DNA of 64,000 nt, from NCBI GenBank assembly GCA_052034935.1, contig JBPOIB010000001.1, positions 74,746 through 138,745 of the forward strand. The letters are read 5' to 3'. This DNA comes from Candidatus Moraniibacteriota bacterium (GTDB taxonomy: Bacteria; Patescibacteriota; Minisyncoccia; Moranbacterales; UBA1568). The notes beneath the pieces are model-generated. The model was not told the DNA's origin. It was given only the letters and a program-made list of their open reading frames with translations, and searched no databases. Position 1 is the stretch's first letter. Every line of letters starts with the position of its first letter. Shown here piece by piece: positions 37,774 through 47,446 of the stretch. The position numbers and the translations under genes were made by a program.

Positions 37774-39102
37774 ATGCAAGAACGAACGCTCGTGAGCGAA
37801 GCGGTTGGTAAGACGGGGGAGGTAATCGGGCTTTCCGGCTGGATTTCCGTTCGTCGCGACCATGGAAAGCTTATTTTCTTCGAACTGCGTGATCGGAGTG
37901 GCTCAGTGCAACTCGTTGTGACGCCGGAAAAAGCTGAAGTTATCGAAGCGGCCAAAGACGTACGGGTAGAGTACGCAGTTGCGGTATCCGGACTTGTCAA
38001 AGCCCGGCCAGCGAAAAAGGGTGCTGAGGTGGTACGTGCCACGGATCAGATCGAAATCGAAGTGATGGCCATATCGACCTTGAGCAAACCAACGGAAGAT
38101 CTCCCAATTGACGTCTCTTCACCGGAAATGAATCTCCAGTTGGAAACACTGCTTACCAATCGGACGGTCGCGCTCCGTAATCCGAAAATCCAGGCAATCT
38201 TCGGGATTTACAGCGCACTTCTCGAGGGGTACGCCGATTTCATGCGAAGCGAAGGCTTCCGGGAGATCAAGACGCCGAAAATCCTCTCAGCAGCAACTGA
38301 AGGTGGCGCAAACTTCTTCAAGATCAAATATTTCGATCGTGACGCCTATCTTGCCCAAAGTCCCCAATTTTACAAACAGGCCGGCATGAGCGCTTTTGAA
38401 CGTGTTTTCGAGATCGGGAGCGTTTTTCGGGCGGAGCCGAGCTATACGACTCGTCATGTGACTGAGTTCACCGGGCTCGACGCGGAAATGGGCTTCATCG
38501 ACAGTATGGAAGACGTCATGGCGATGCTCGAAAAAACAATGCATCATGTGATGCAGCATATCGGTGCGCGCTGTCAGCCGGAGCTCGCTTTGTACGGTGC
38601 GACGATCCCGGAACCGGTTGCGATTCCGCGCATCCGACTTTCCGAAGCGTTCGAGATTCTGAAGCAAGAATATGGTAAAGAATTAGAGGAGGGTGATATC
38701 GACAGCGAGGGAGAGCGGATGATTGGGGAATATGTGAAGGAGAAGTATCACTCGGATTTCGTCTTCCTGACCCACTATCCGACGGCTACTCGCGCGTTCT
38801 ATAGCTTGCCCAGTCCGGAAAACTCAAAGCTCTGTGAATCGTATGATCTCGTTTTCCGTGGTGTTGAGATTGCTTCAGGTGCACAGCGCGTCCATGACTA
38901 TGTTCAGTTGAGGGAGATTATCGAAGGACGTGGACTCGATCCGGAAGCCTTCAAGGACTATCTCGATATCTTCAAATATGGCGCTCCGCCGCATGGCGGC
39001 TGGGGTCTCGGAAGCGAGCGCATCGTCCAGAAGCTGCTTGGTCTCGCTTCTATTAAAGAAGCGATTCTCTACCCGCGCGATGTGAAGCGGCTCACCCCCT
39101 AG
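37774..39102 (+). CDS. aspS: Aspartate--tRNA ligase, archaeal/non-discriminating type
   Basis: RDHGKLIF, TEGGANFF, LAQSPQFYKQ, FRAE, EIASGAQR, GAPPHGGWGLG, YPRD. Short form lacking the GAD insertion. Confidence 0.93.
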   Translation: MQERTLVSEAVGKTGEVIGLSGWISVRRDHGKLIFFELRDRSGSVQLVVTPEKAEVIEAAKDVRVEYAVAVSGLVKARPAKKGAEVVRATDQIEIEVMAISTLSKPTEDLPIDVSSPEMNLQLETLLTNRTVALRNPKIQAIFGIYSALLEGYADFMRSEGFREIKTPKILSAATEGGANFFKIKYFDRDAYLAQSPQFYKQAGMSAFERVFEIGSVFRAEPSYTTRHVTEFTGLDAEMGFIDSMEDVMAMLEKTMHHVMQHIGARCQPELALYGATIPEPVAIPRIRLSEAFEILKQEYGKELEEGDIDSEGERMIGEYVKEKYHSDFVFLTHYPTATRAFYSLPSPENSKLCESYDLVFRGVEIASGAQRVHDYVQLREIIEGRGLDPEAFKDYLDIFKYGAPPHGGWGLGSERIVQKLLGLASIKEAILYPRDVKRLTP

Positions 39103-39168
39103 AGTTCGCTTGAGCCGGGAGGTAATTTCAGCTATGATAGGGGAATCCTTTTAGACCCCTTTTTTGCT

Positions 39169-40254
39169 ATGCCTGCATCCTGGACTCTCTTTTTGAAAAA
39201 CCTGTATGGCCGGTTTTTTGGGAATTTGACCCAGGATATCGGAATTGATCTCGGAACGGCGAATACACTGGTCTATGTCCGTGGCCGAGGCATTGTCATT
39301 AATGAGCCATCCGTTGTTGCTATCAATCAGCGGACCGGACAGATTCTTGCAATCGGCCGGGAGGCAAAAAAGATGGTTGGCAAGACGCCGGGTCATATCG
39401 TCGCAATTCGGCCCCTTGTCGATGGTGTCGTTTCGGATTTCGAGATCACTCAGCAGATGCTCCGCTACTTCATCGGCAAGGTGACGGAAGGAAGCTTCAA
39501 GTTTCTCCGTCGCCCTCGCGTGCTTATCGGTATCCCGTCAGGCGTGACGGAAGTAGAAAAGCGCGCCGTGATCGAAGCGGCGATGAATGCCGGTGCTCGT
39601 CAGGCTTTCCTTATCGATGAGCCGATGGCGGCGGCGATTGGCGGCCGGCTACCGGTTATCGATGCGGCCGGTAACATGGTCGTCGATATCGGTGGCGGAA
39701 CGACCGAAATAGCAGTGATCTCTCTCGGCGGCGTCGTCATCGCGCGCAGCCTCCGGATCGCGGGCGATGAAATGAATGAAGACATCATCCGGTATTCTCG
39801 TGATGAGTTCAATCTGCTCGTTGGTGAACGGACAGCCGAAGACGTCAAGATCGCGATCGGTAGTGCCTTTCCTCTGAAAGAGCGTCTCCAGTATTCGATC
39901 CGTGGGCGTGACCTTGTTTCAGGTCTGCCGAAAGAGGTTGTCATCACGGATGAGCATGTCCGCGAGGCACTTTCGCGCTCGATCCGTATTATCGTGAATA
40001 ATATCAAAACACTCATCGAGGAAACTCCACCCGAACTTATTTCCGATATCATGCAGCGTGGCATAGTCATCTCGGGCGGCGGCAGTCTCATCCGCGGCCT
40101 CGACAGGCTTATTGCCAGTCAGACGGGGATTCCAGTGAAACTGGTTGATGATCCGTTAACTGCCGTGGTCCGAGGTACCGGCATCGTGCTCGATGACATG
40201 GACACGCTCAAGGATGTCTTGATCGAGGACGAGCGGGGCGGACCGTTAAAGTAA
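39169..40254 (+). CDS. mreB: Rod shape-determining actin MreB
   Basis: IGIDLGTANT, NEPSVVA, EPMAAAIG, VDIGGGTT, GERTAE. Confidence 0.97.
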   Translation: MPASWTLFLKNLYGRFFGNLTQDIGIDLGTANTLVYVRGRGIVINEPSVVAINQRTGQILAIGREAKKMVGKTPGHIVAIRPLVDGVVSDFEITQQMLRYFIGKVTEGSFKFLRRPRVLIGIPSGVTEVEKRAVIEAAMNAGARQAFLIDEPMAAAIGGRLPVIDAAGNMVVDIGGGTTEIAVISLGGVVIARSLRIAGDEMNEDIIRYSRDEFNLLVGERTAEDVKIAIGSAFPLKERLQYSIRGRDLVSGLPKEVVITDEHVREALSRSIRIIVNNIKTLIEETPPELISDIMQRGIVISGGGSLIRGLDRLIASQTGIPVKLVDDPLTAVVRGTGIVLDDMDTLKDVLIEDERGGPLK

Positions 40255-40261
40255 TATATCC

Positions 40262-41083
40262 ATGAGAAGGGAAGAATCTTTTTTCCGCAGAAACAGCGTC
40301 CGGGCGGTGGGAGCGGTGTTTTTTATCTGGGTGATTGCTCTCATTCTTCCGGAGAGCATAACGAAAAGCCTGAAGCATATCATCGCTCCAATCGCGGCTC
40401 CAATCGAGGGTGTTATGGCCTGGACCGCATTCGAAATCCGTGACCTATCATCTTTTCTTTCTTCGATTGGCGACCTGAAGCGTGAGAACGAGCGTCTGGA
40501 AACGGAGCGGTTAGTTCTTTCTCAAAATAACGGCCGTCTCCGTGAGCTTGAGGAAGAAAATCGTTTGCTCCGCGAAGCGCTTCGTCTCCCTCTTGATACG
40601 GAGCTCGCGGCCATACCGGCCGAAGTCATCGGCCGCGATCTGAATGGTGTCTCGATGAGCCTGATACTCAATCGAGGCAGTGTTGATGGTGTCGAGATGG
40701 GGATGGCGGTCGTGGTTGGAACCGGAAACTTAATCGGACGTATCGTCGCGGTGCATCTGACGAGCGCGGAGGTCCGTCTTTTGTCACATGCCGAGAGTAC
40801 GGTCGCAGCCCGGATTGCCGGTTCCTCGATCCAAGGAGTGATTCGTGGCGACCACGGCCTCGGTCTTGTCTTTGATATGGCGCTTTCGGGGGAGGCACTT
40901 GAGCCCGGGGCGCCACTCATCACTTCGGGTCTGGGTGATGCTTTGCCGAAAGGTCTCGTCATCGGAGAAATCCGGGAAGTCCGTCCATCGGCCGACCGGC
41001 TTTTTCAGCAGGCGACGGTGGCCGTACCGGTTGCCTTCAGTGATGTCCGCTACGCTTCCATCATCAAACGCTCTTCACCATGA
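40262..41083 (+). CDS. mreC: Rod shape-determining protein MreC
   Basis: Coiled coil EENRLLR, AEVIGR, LIGRI, ITSGLG...PKGLVIG. Confidence 0.93.
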   Translation: MRREESFFRRNSVRAVGAVFFIWVIALILPESITKSLKHIIAPIAAPIEGVMAWTAFEIRDLSSFLSSIGDLKRENERLETERLVLSQNNGRLRELEEENRLLREALRLPLDTELAAIPAEVIGRDLNGVSMSLILNRGSVDGVEMGMAVVVGTGNLIGRIVAVHLTSAEVRLLSHAESTVAARIAGSSIQGVIRGDHGLGLVFDMALSGEALEPGAPLITSGLGDALPKGLVIGEIREVRPSADRLFQQATVAVPVAFSDVRYASIIKRSSP

Positions 41084-41586
41084 GTATTTTCGTCCAACGT
41101 TCGGCGCTTTTTCTTGTCCTTGCTGTCTTCCAGTACTCATTCCTCGATATTCTGTGGCCGTCGTTTCCTGCTCCGGCTGCCATGATTGCTCTCATTGTGT
41201 CGCAGGTTTTTCTGAACGGTTTCGAGAAGGGCGGCCTCTGGTCGCTTTTTGCCGTCGGACTTTTTCTTCTTCTTGGTCAGAGCGATCATATTTTCGTTCT
41301 GTTTGGAGTCCTTATCGCCTACGGGACGGGCTTTCTCTCTCGCCGACTGGTCATCGAGCGTCCGGTCCAGACGAGCTTTCTCCTCGCCTGCACGAGCGCC
41401 GGATTCGCTGCAACGTATATAATTGTGATAGTCTTGTTTTTCCAACATCCGCTGGTAGTGTGGTCACTCTTCGGAAATATTCTTCAGACTCTTTTTGTCT
41501 TCCCGGTCATTTTCTTTATTCTAACAACATGGGAAAGATATGTGAGGGAAAGCGCAATGTCTGAATTCCGCGGGCTGCGGACCTGA
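41080..41586 (+). CDS. mreD: MreD-like membrane protein
   Basis: Five TM segments between mreC and mrdA; called mainly from gene order. Confidence 0.7.
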   Translation: MSIFVQRSALFLVLAVFQYSFLDILWPSFPAPAAMIALIVSQVFLNGFEKGGLWSLFAVGLFLLLGQSDHIFVLFGVLIAYGTGFLSRRLVIERPVQTSFLLACTSAGFAATYIIVIVLFFQHPLVVWSLFGNILQTLFVFPVIFFILTTWERYVRESAMSEFRGLRT

Positions 41587-41591
41587 AATCT

Positions 41592-43460
41592 ATGTTTTTC
41601 TCTCGTAATACCCGCCGTCAATATGACGCGACAGAAATCGATGATGCTGTTCTGACGCTGTCTCGGCCGGAGGCAGCACGCATCGAATGGGCGCTTCAGA
41701 GGTCGCCGGTCCGATTCTTTTTCTTTGCTGCCTGCTTTGGCCTGCTTCTTCTCGGCGGACGACTCGTCTATCTCAATGTCCTGAAGGGCGGATACTATGG
41801 AGAGATAGCAGCGCGCAATAGTCTTCGATCGATCATCCTGGCTGCTCCGCGCGGCATCATCTTCGACCGTTTTGGTGAACCGCTCGTGAAGAATACGCCC
41901 AGTCTGGATGGTTTGGTGATTCCGGCCTCATTGCCGCAGGACCCCGCGCTTCGTGATCAGGTGCTCTCGCTCGCGGAAAGTATTTTTCAGCCAGAGACCG
42001 GAGCATGGCGCGAAGCGGTCCTCCAGCAGGATTTTCGACCGGGCGAGGCGCTTATTATCCGCCAGGATATTTCTCAGGAACAAGCAATCATCTACTACAG
42101 CCAGGCGAATGCTCTTCCCGGAATTGGGCTTCAGAAATCAGCGCGCCGTGAGTATATCAACGGCCCGATGTTCGCGCACGTGCTCGGATACGAAGGTAAA
42201 ATCAGGAAGGAGGAGCTTGATGAGAATCCGGACTATCTTTTTACTGATTCGATCGGTAAACAGGGAGTAGAGCGTTCGTACGAATCACTGCTCCGCGGAA
42301 CACATGGGCGCGAGATAGTCGAAGTGGATTCGCTCGGAAGAATCCAGAAGGAGCTCGGCATTGTTCCGCCGAAACCGGGTCAGGATATCTCGCTCACTCT
42401 CGACAAGGGTCTTTCAGAAAAGATTTACACGACGCTCGCTGACTGGTTTGTGGCAAATGATCTGAAGGCGGGGGCTGCAATCGCGCTTGATCCGCGCTCA
42501 GGCGCAATCCGGGCACTCATCTCCTATCCGAGCTACGATAATAATCTCTTTTCAGGCGGCATCGAGCAGTCGGCCTACGCGAAGCTTATCACTGACGAGA
42601 AAAGACCGCTCTTCAATCGGGCGATCGGGGGCGAGTATCCGCCTGGGTCGACTATCAAGCCGGTATTGGCTGCCGCCGCGCTCGCCGAGGGAGTGGTAAC
42701 ACCGGAGACAGTCATCGAGAGCCGGGGTGGAATCAGTGTCGGCCAATCATTCTTCGGCGACTGGAAAGCGCATGGCTTCACTGATCTGCGCCGGGCAATC
42801 GCGGTCTCGAGTGATGTCTACTTTTACTCGATTGGCGGCGGTTATGGCGGGATTCGAGGACTTGGTATGGAGCGGATGAAACGTTATGAAGAATACTTCG
42901 GTTATGGGCGGAAAACTGGCATCGATCTGCCGAGCGAAGCGGACGGTCTCTTGCCGGATCCGGAATGGAAGCGTCAGAAAATCGGTGAGCGTTGGTATAT
43001 CGGTGACGACTATAATGCTTCAATCGGGCAGGGATACGTCACCGCAACACCGCTCCAGATCCTGAATTCGATTGCGACAATCGCCAATGGCGGGACACGC
43101 TACACGCCTCATGTCCGAGCGTCATCTGATACGAGCGATCCGGACTTCCCGAAAGAAAGTGTTGCTGTCCCCGCAGATATCCTTCGCGTCGTCCGGGAAG
43201 GGATGCGTGAAACAGTGACCGAAGGGACAGCTCAGTCGCTTCAATCTCTGCCGGTCGCGGTAGCTGGAAAGACGGGGACGGCACAGTACGGTGGTAAAGA
43301 AAATACGCATGGCTGGTTCGTCTCCTTCGCGCCCTATGAGAACCCGGAGCTGGCGCTCATTGTTCTTGTCGAGGGTCAGGAAAAAGACAGTACCTATCAT
43401 GCAGTCCCGATTACGCAGGCGATCTATGAGTGGTACTTCAATCGTGAAAAAAAGCTTTAG
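41592..43460 (+). CDS. mrdA: Penicillin-binding protein 2
   Basis: APRGIIFDR, YPPGSTIK (SxxK), SSD, AGKTGTAQ. Confidence 0.95.
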   Translation: MFFSRNTRRQYDATEIDDAVLTLSRPEAARIEWALQRSPVRFFFFAACFGLLLLGGRLVYLNVLKGGYYGEIAARNSLRSIILAAPRGIIFDRFGEPLVKNTPSLDGLVIPASLPQDPALRDQVLSLAESIFQPETGAWREAVLQQDFRPGEALIIRQDISQEQAIIYYSQANALPGIGLQKSARREYINGPMFAHVLGYEGKIRKEELDENPDYLFTDSIGKQGVERSYESLLRGTHGREIVEVDSLGRIQKELGIVPPKPGQDISLTLDKGLSEKIYTTLADWFVANDLKAGAAIALDPRSGAIRALISYPSYDNNLFSGGIEQSAYAKLITDEKRPLFNRAIGGEYPPGSTIKPVLAAAALAEGVVTPETVIESRGGISVGQSFFGDWKAHGFTDLRRAIAVSSDVYFYSIGGGYGGIRGLGMERMKRYEEYFGYGRKTGIDLPSEADGLLPDPEWKRQKIGERWYIGDDYNASIGQGYVTATPLQILNSIATIANGGTRYTPHVRASSDTSDPDFPKESVAVPADILRVVREGMRETVTEGTAQSLQSLPVAVAGKTGTAQYGGKENTHGWFVSFAPYENPELALIVLVEGQEKDSTYHAVPITQAIYEWYFNREKKL

Positions 43461-43480
43461 CTAAGCCAGAAAATCAAGAG

Positions 43481-43509
43481 TTGACAGTGGCTGATAGCTG
43501 TAGTAGGAT
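43481..43509 (+). promoter_or_regulatory. sigma70 promoter of greA
   Basis: TTGACA-17 nt-TAGGAT. Confidence 0.7.
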
Positions 43510-43569
43510 GGGTGGCATCGTGTGACTCTGAAAGAAATAAAAAGTCCAATCCACTAGAAGTTTGAAACT

Positions 43570-44025
43570 ATGTCCCGAATATTCACTGAAGAAGGTCTGA
43601 AGAAGCTTGAGCAAGAACTTGAAGACCGTAAGACACGTGTCCGTCAGGAGATCGCGCATTCGATTAAAGAAGCTAAAGAACAGGGCGACCTCTCGGAGAA
43701 CGCCGAGTACACTGAGGCGAAGCGTCACCAGAATGAGAATGAGACTCGGATTGCCGAGGTTGAAGCCTTGATCAAGGAATCGGTGGTCGCTGTCCCGCAC
43801 AAGAAATCATCCAAAGTCCAGGTCGGCTCGAAGGTTTCAGTGAAGGTGCAGAGCAAGGAGATGGAGTTCGAGATTGTCGGCGCGAACGAGGTTGACCCGT
43901 CGAACGGAAAGATTTCGAGCGAGTCGCCGCTTGGCAAGGAATTCATGGGCAAAGAGAAGGGCGAGACCGTGACGGTCGCTGCTCCGGCTGGACACATCAA
44001 ATACGAGATTCTCTCGGTGAAATAA
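43570..44025 (+). CDS. greA: Transcription elongation factor GreA
   Basis: GDLSENAEY, ISSESPLG. Confidence 0.96.
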   Translation: MSRIFTEEGLKKLEQELEDRKTRVRQEIAHSIKEAKEQGDLSENAEYTEAKRHQNENETRIAEVEALIKESVVAVPHKKSSKVQVGSKVSVKVQSKEMEFEIVGANEVDPSNGKISSESPLGKEFMGKEKGETVTVAAPAGHIKYEILSVK

Positions 44026-44049
44026 TCAAGGTTGTCCTTGTCTCTTCTT

Positions 44050-44070
44050 CCGCCCGAAAGGGCGGTTTTT
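44050..44070 (+). terminator. Intrinsic terminator
   Basis: CCGCCC-GAAA-GGGCGG-TTTTT. Confidence 0.85.
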
Positions 44071-44119
44071 CTTTCTTTGACGCTTGCTTTGAGCCAAAAA
44101 AATGGGTAGAGTGGACTAT

Positions 44120-45601
44120 ATGCGCGAAGATATTCTTGCTGTAAAACATGAGAAATTAGCCAAGCTGGTTTCAGCGGCCGGCACCGCTTACCCTGAAAAA
44201 GCATTCCGGACTCATACGAACCAGGAAGTACTTGAACGTTTCGACGAATTCAATGGTACCGCCACACAGGTTTCTGTGGTTGGTCGCTTGCGATCACTCC
44301 GAACGATGGGTAAGATTGCTTTTTGTCATGTCGAGGACGGGAGTGGAAAAATACAGGGATTTTTCTCGCAGGAAATGCTTGCCCCGGTTGATGTGCCACA
44401 AGATAAGGACACATTTACCCTTTTTAAAGAAACCGTGGAACTCGGAGATTTCATCTCAATGACGGGCACGGTGTTTCTGACGAAACAGAACGAGAAAAGC
44501 ATCCGTGTCGAGAATTGGCAGATGCTTTCGAAATCGCTCCTTCCGCTCCCGACCGAGTTCTATGGCCTGAAGGATGAAGAGGAGCTGCTTCGTCGACGTT
44601 ATCTGGATCTGGTGATGAATCCGGAGATCCGCGAGCTTTTTGTGAAGAAAAACGCGTTCTGGCAGACGGTGCGTGGCTTTCTCGCGAAGCGGAATTTCCT
44701 CGAAGTGCAGACACCGGTGCTTGAACATGTACCGGGTGGAGCGGAGGCGGAACCGTTCATTACGCATCATCATGCCCTTGATCAGGATTTCTACCTGCGC
44801 ATCTCGCTCGAACTCCCGCTGAAGCGGCTCCTCGTGGGTGGTTATGAACGCGTGTTCGAAATCGGCCGTGTTTTCCGAAACGAAGGTATCGACCGTGAAC
44901 ATCTCCAGGAATTTGACCACATTGAGTTCTACAGCGCCTACACCGATTTTGAGACCGGCTGTGCCATGGTCGAGGAGCTCTATCGAGAAATCGTCCGAGC
45001 GGTGGCTGGAGACGGACTGACAACGACCCATGAAGGCGAGACACTCGATTGGTCCAAGCCGTTTCCGCGCGTCGATTACTTCGAAGCGTTCCAGAAAGAA
45101 ACCGGACTCGATCTGTCGGAAGATATTTCGGTCGAGATACTTCGCGCCAAAGCGGACGAGCTCCATATCAAATATGAGGAATCAGCCGGTAAAGGCCGGC
45201 TCATCGACACCATCTACAAGAAGACGGTTCGTCAGAAATTGATTCAGCCCTGCATCCTAGTCGGCCACCCAGTCGAGGTATCGCCCTTGGCGAAGCTTGA
45301 TCCGGCGAATTCTCGCCGTACGCTTCGTATGCAGCCGATTGCAGGGCGAAGTGAACTGGGTAATGGTTTCGCCGAGCTCAATGATCCGATTGACCAACGA
45401 TCTCGTTTTGAGGCGCAAATGAAGCTGCGTGAGGCGGGTGACGGTGAAGCCCAGATGCTTGATGAAGATTTTCTCGAGGCGCTCGAGTATGGGATGCCGC
45501 CAGCCTTCGGCTTTGGAATGAGCGAACGACTCTTTGCCGTGCTCATGAACAAAAGCGTTCGGGAGACGGTCATCTTCCCACCAATGAAGGAAAAAGGGTA
45601 G
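44120..45601 (+). CDS. lysS: Lysine--tRNA ligase (class II)
   Basis: RRRYLDL, GGAEAEPF, YLRISLEL, FRNEG, ELGNGFAELNDP, ALEYGMPP. Confidence 0.96.
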   Translation: MREDILAVKHEKLAKLVSAAGTAYPEKAFRTHTNQEVLERFDEFNGTATQVSVVGRLRSLRTMGKIAFCHVEDGSGKIQGFFSQEMLAPVDVPQDKDTFTLFKETVELGDFISMTGTVFLTKQNEKSIRVENWQMLSKSLLPLPTEFYGLKDEEELLRRRYLDLVMNPEIRELFVKKNAFWQTVRGFLAKRNFLEVQTPVLEHVPGGAEAEPFITHHHALDQDFYLRISLELPLKRLLVGGYERVFEIGRVFRNEGIDREHLQEFDHIEFYSAYTDFETGCAMVEELYREIVRAVAGDGLTTTHEGETLDWSKPFPRVDYFEAFQKETGLDLSEDISVEILRAKADELHIKYEESAGKGRLIDTIYKKTVRQKLIQPCILVGHPVEVSPLAKLDPANSRRTLRMQPIAGRSELGNGFAELNDPIDQRSRFEAQMKLREAGDGEAQMLDEDFLEALEYGMPPAFGFGMSERLFAVLMNKSVRETVIFPPMKEKG

Positions 45602-45669
45602 ACAGCTGCTCGGGAAAACGCTAGATTGAGAGCGGTCCGGTGCTTTCTGGCGGAGGGAGACGAAAATTT

Positions 45670-45746
45670 GGTCGCATAGTTCAGTTGGTTAGAACGTTCG
45701 ATTCACATTCGAAAGGTCCCTGGTTCGAGTCCAGGTGCGACCACCA
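45670..45746 (+). tRNA. tRNA-Val (anticodon CAC)
   Basis: GGTCGCA/TGCGACC acceptor stem, D arm GTTC/GAAC, anticodon arm TTCGA-TTCACAT-TCGAA, T loop TTCGAGT, encoded CCA. Confidence 0.93.
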
Positions 45747-45762
45747 AATATATTTCTTGAGT

Positions 45763-47088
45763 ATGCTCGACATCGGATTCATTCGGGACAACGAAGCGGC
45801 CATTCGTTCGGCAATCATGAACAAGAATCTCTCGCTGGATCTTGACCATCTGATTGCTGTAGACAAAGAGCGGCGCGAGCTCCTCCAAAAGATGGAGGAG
45901 TTGAAGTCGCTCAAGAATGACATCAATACTCTCATCCAATCAGCTGCCTCGCCGGAGGAACGGGCGGAAGTGATCGCGAAAGGGAAGGAGATTAAAGCTG
46001 CGCTCGAGGTGGTGGAGCCGGACTGGCGGCGAGTCAAGGCGGAATTCGATGTCCTCATGGCGGCAGTGCCCAATATCGTCTCTCCGGATACGCCGATTGG
46101 CAAAAGCGATGCGGAAAACAAGGAGGTGCTCGTTTCAGGTAATAAGCCGTCTTTTCCGTTCGCTCCGAAAACACATATCGAAATCGGCCATGACCTGGAC
46201 ATCCTTGACCTTGAGCGGGGTGCGAAGGTTGGCGGCTACAGAGGTTATTATGTGAAGAATGAGGGCGTTCTTCTCGTCATGGGACTCATGATGTATGCAC
46301 TCCAGAAGCTTGCCGCCAGAGGCTATCAGCCGATGATTCCACCGACTCTGGTCAAAGGGTTTCCACTTTTCGGCTCCGGCTATTTCAAGGGTCTCGACTA
46401 CGATCAGTCAATCGATGAAGTCTATGAAGTGGCGTCCGCTGACAAAGAGAGTGACGGCAGCATCTCGAAAGAACAGAAGTTCCTTGTTGGTACTGCCGAA
46501 CCATCGCTTCTTGCCTACTATAGCGACGAGGTGCTCGACGAGTCTGTCCTCCCGCTCCGGCTGGCGGGTTTCAGTCAGTGCTACCGTAGTGAGATTGGCT
46601 CTTATGGCAAGGATACCAAGGGGATGTACCGCGTCCATGAATTCATGAAGGTGGAGCAGGTTGTCATCGCGCCGGCCGATATCGCGCTCGCCGATTCACT
46701 CCAGGAAGAGATGATCGGCCTGTCCGAAGAGATGCATCAAGAGCTTGGGTTACCATATCGCAAGATCCAGATCTGCACTGGCGATATGAGCGCGGGGAAA
46801 TATCGTGCGTTCGATCTGGAGGCGTGGATGCCGGGAATGAACCGCTATGGTGAAACTGGCTCAGCCTCGAACTTCCTTGATTGGCAGGCCCGTCGGCTCA
46901 ATGTGAAGTATACTGAGGGAAGAACAGGTGAGAAGCGCTACGTGTATATGCTCAACAATACAGCACTTCCGACGCCGCGTGTCCTTATTGCCATTCTTGA
47001 AAATAATCAGGAGAGCGATGGGAGTGTTCGGGTACCGGAAGTTTTGCGGCCATTCGTGGGCAAGGATCGGATTCAGAAAAAAGGATAG
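45763..47088 (+). CDS. serS: Serine--tRNA ligase
   Basis: MLDIGFIR, GTAEP, CYRSEIG, RVHEFMKVE, FDLEAWMP, LNNTA, ILENNQ. Confidence 0.96.
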   Translation: MLDIGFIRDNEAAIRSAIMNKNLSLDLDHLIAVDKERRELLQKMEELKSLKNDINTLIQSAASPEERAEVIAKGKEIKAALEVVEPDWRRVKAEFDVLMAAVPNIVSPDTPIGKSDAENKEVLVSGNKPSFPFAPKTHIEIGHDLDILDLERGAKVGGYRGYYVKNEGVLLVMGLMMYALQKLAARGYQPMIPPTLVKGFPLFGSGYFKGLDYDQSIDEVYEVASADKESDGSISKEQKFLVGTAEPSLLAYYSDEVLDESVLPLRLAGFSQCYRSEIGSYGKDTKGMYRVHEFMKVEQVVIAPADIALADSLQEEMIGLSEEMHQELGLPYRKIQICTGDMSAGKYRAFDLEAWMPGMNRYGETGSASNFLDWQARRLNVKYTEGRTGEKRYVYMLNNTALPTPRVLIAILENNQESDGSVRVPEVLRPFVGKDRIQKKG

Positions 47089-47094
47089 GTGGCA

Positions 47095-47122
47095 TTGACC
47101 GGAAGGGTGGTTTTGGTACAAT
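47095..47122 (+). promoter_or_regulatory. sigma70 promoter of tRNA-Lys
   Basis: TTGACC-16 nt-TACAAT with TG extension. Confidence 0.6.
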
Positions 47123-47153
47123 GCCTAAAGTTTTGATTTTGCCGGAAAAATTT

Positions 47154-47226
47154 GGGTGCGTAGCTCAGTCGGTAGAGCAGTGGCCTTTTAAGCCAACGGT
47201 CGAGGGTTCGATTCCCCCCGCACCCA
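47154..47226 (+). tRNA. tRNA-Lys (anticodon TTT)
   Basis: GGGTGCG/CGCACCC acceptor stem, GCTC/GAGC D arm, loop CTTTTAA, T loop TTCGATT; CCA not encoded. Confidence 0.92.
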
Positions 47227-47403
47227 CAAAACGAAAAGTCCCCGCTCGGGGATTTTTGTTTTGGGTAGGAGGAAGCCAACTGATTGGCTTCCGGGGGGTG
47301 GGGGGGCAGAAATCTGGCCACGTCGGTGGATAGATTATCTGTGACCGATTCCCACTGCCCCTACCAAAGAATGTTTTAGAAACGCCCCCCTCGGGCGTTT
47401 TCT
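47227..47403. repeat. Structured tRNA-downstream element with a tRNA-3'-end mimic, bracketed by two terminator-like hairpins
   Basis: Hairpins AAAAGTCCCC/GGGGATTTTT, GGAAGCCAA/TTGGCTTCC and CAGAAATCT/AGATTATCTG; then CGATTCCCACTGCCCCTACCA; then AAACGCCC/GGGCGTTT. Confidence 0.55.
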
Positions 47404-47446
47404 GTTTTTCAGGTCATGGTATAATCAGGGAGAAATCTTTCCACCT

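Noticed and set aside
45640-45762. N-terminal extension of serS in the ORF track
   Set aside because: It overlaps tRNA-Val; the SerS-like start MLDI is at 45763.
47293-47306. G-quadruplex or phase-variable G tract
   Set aside because: Only two G runs, non-coding, and better explained as part of the tRNA-downstream element.
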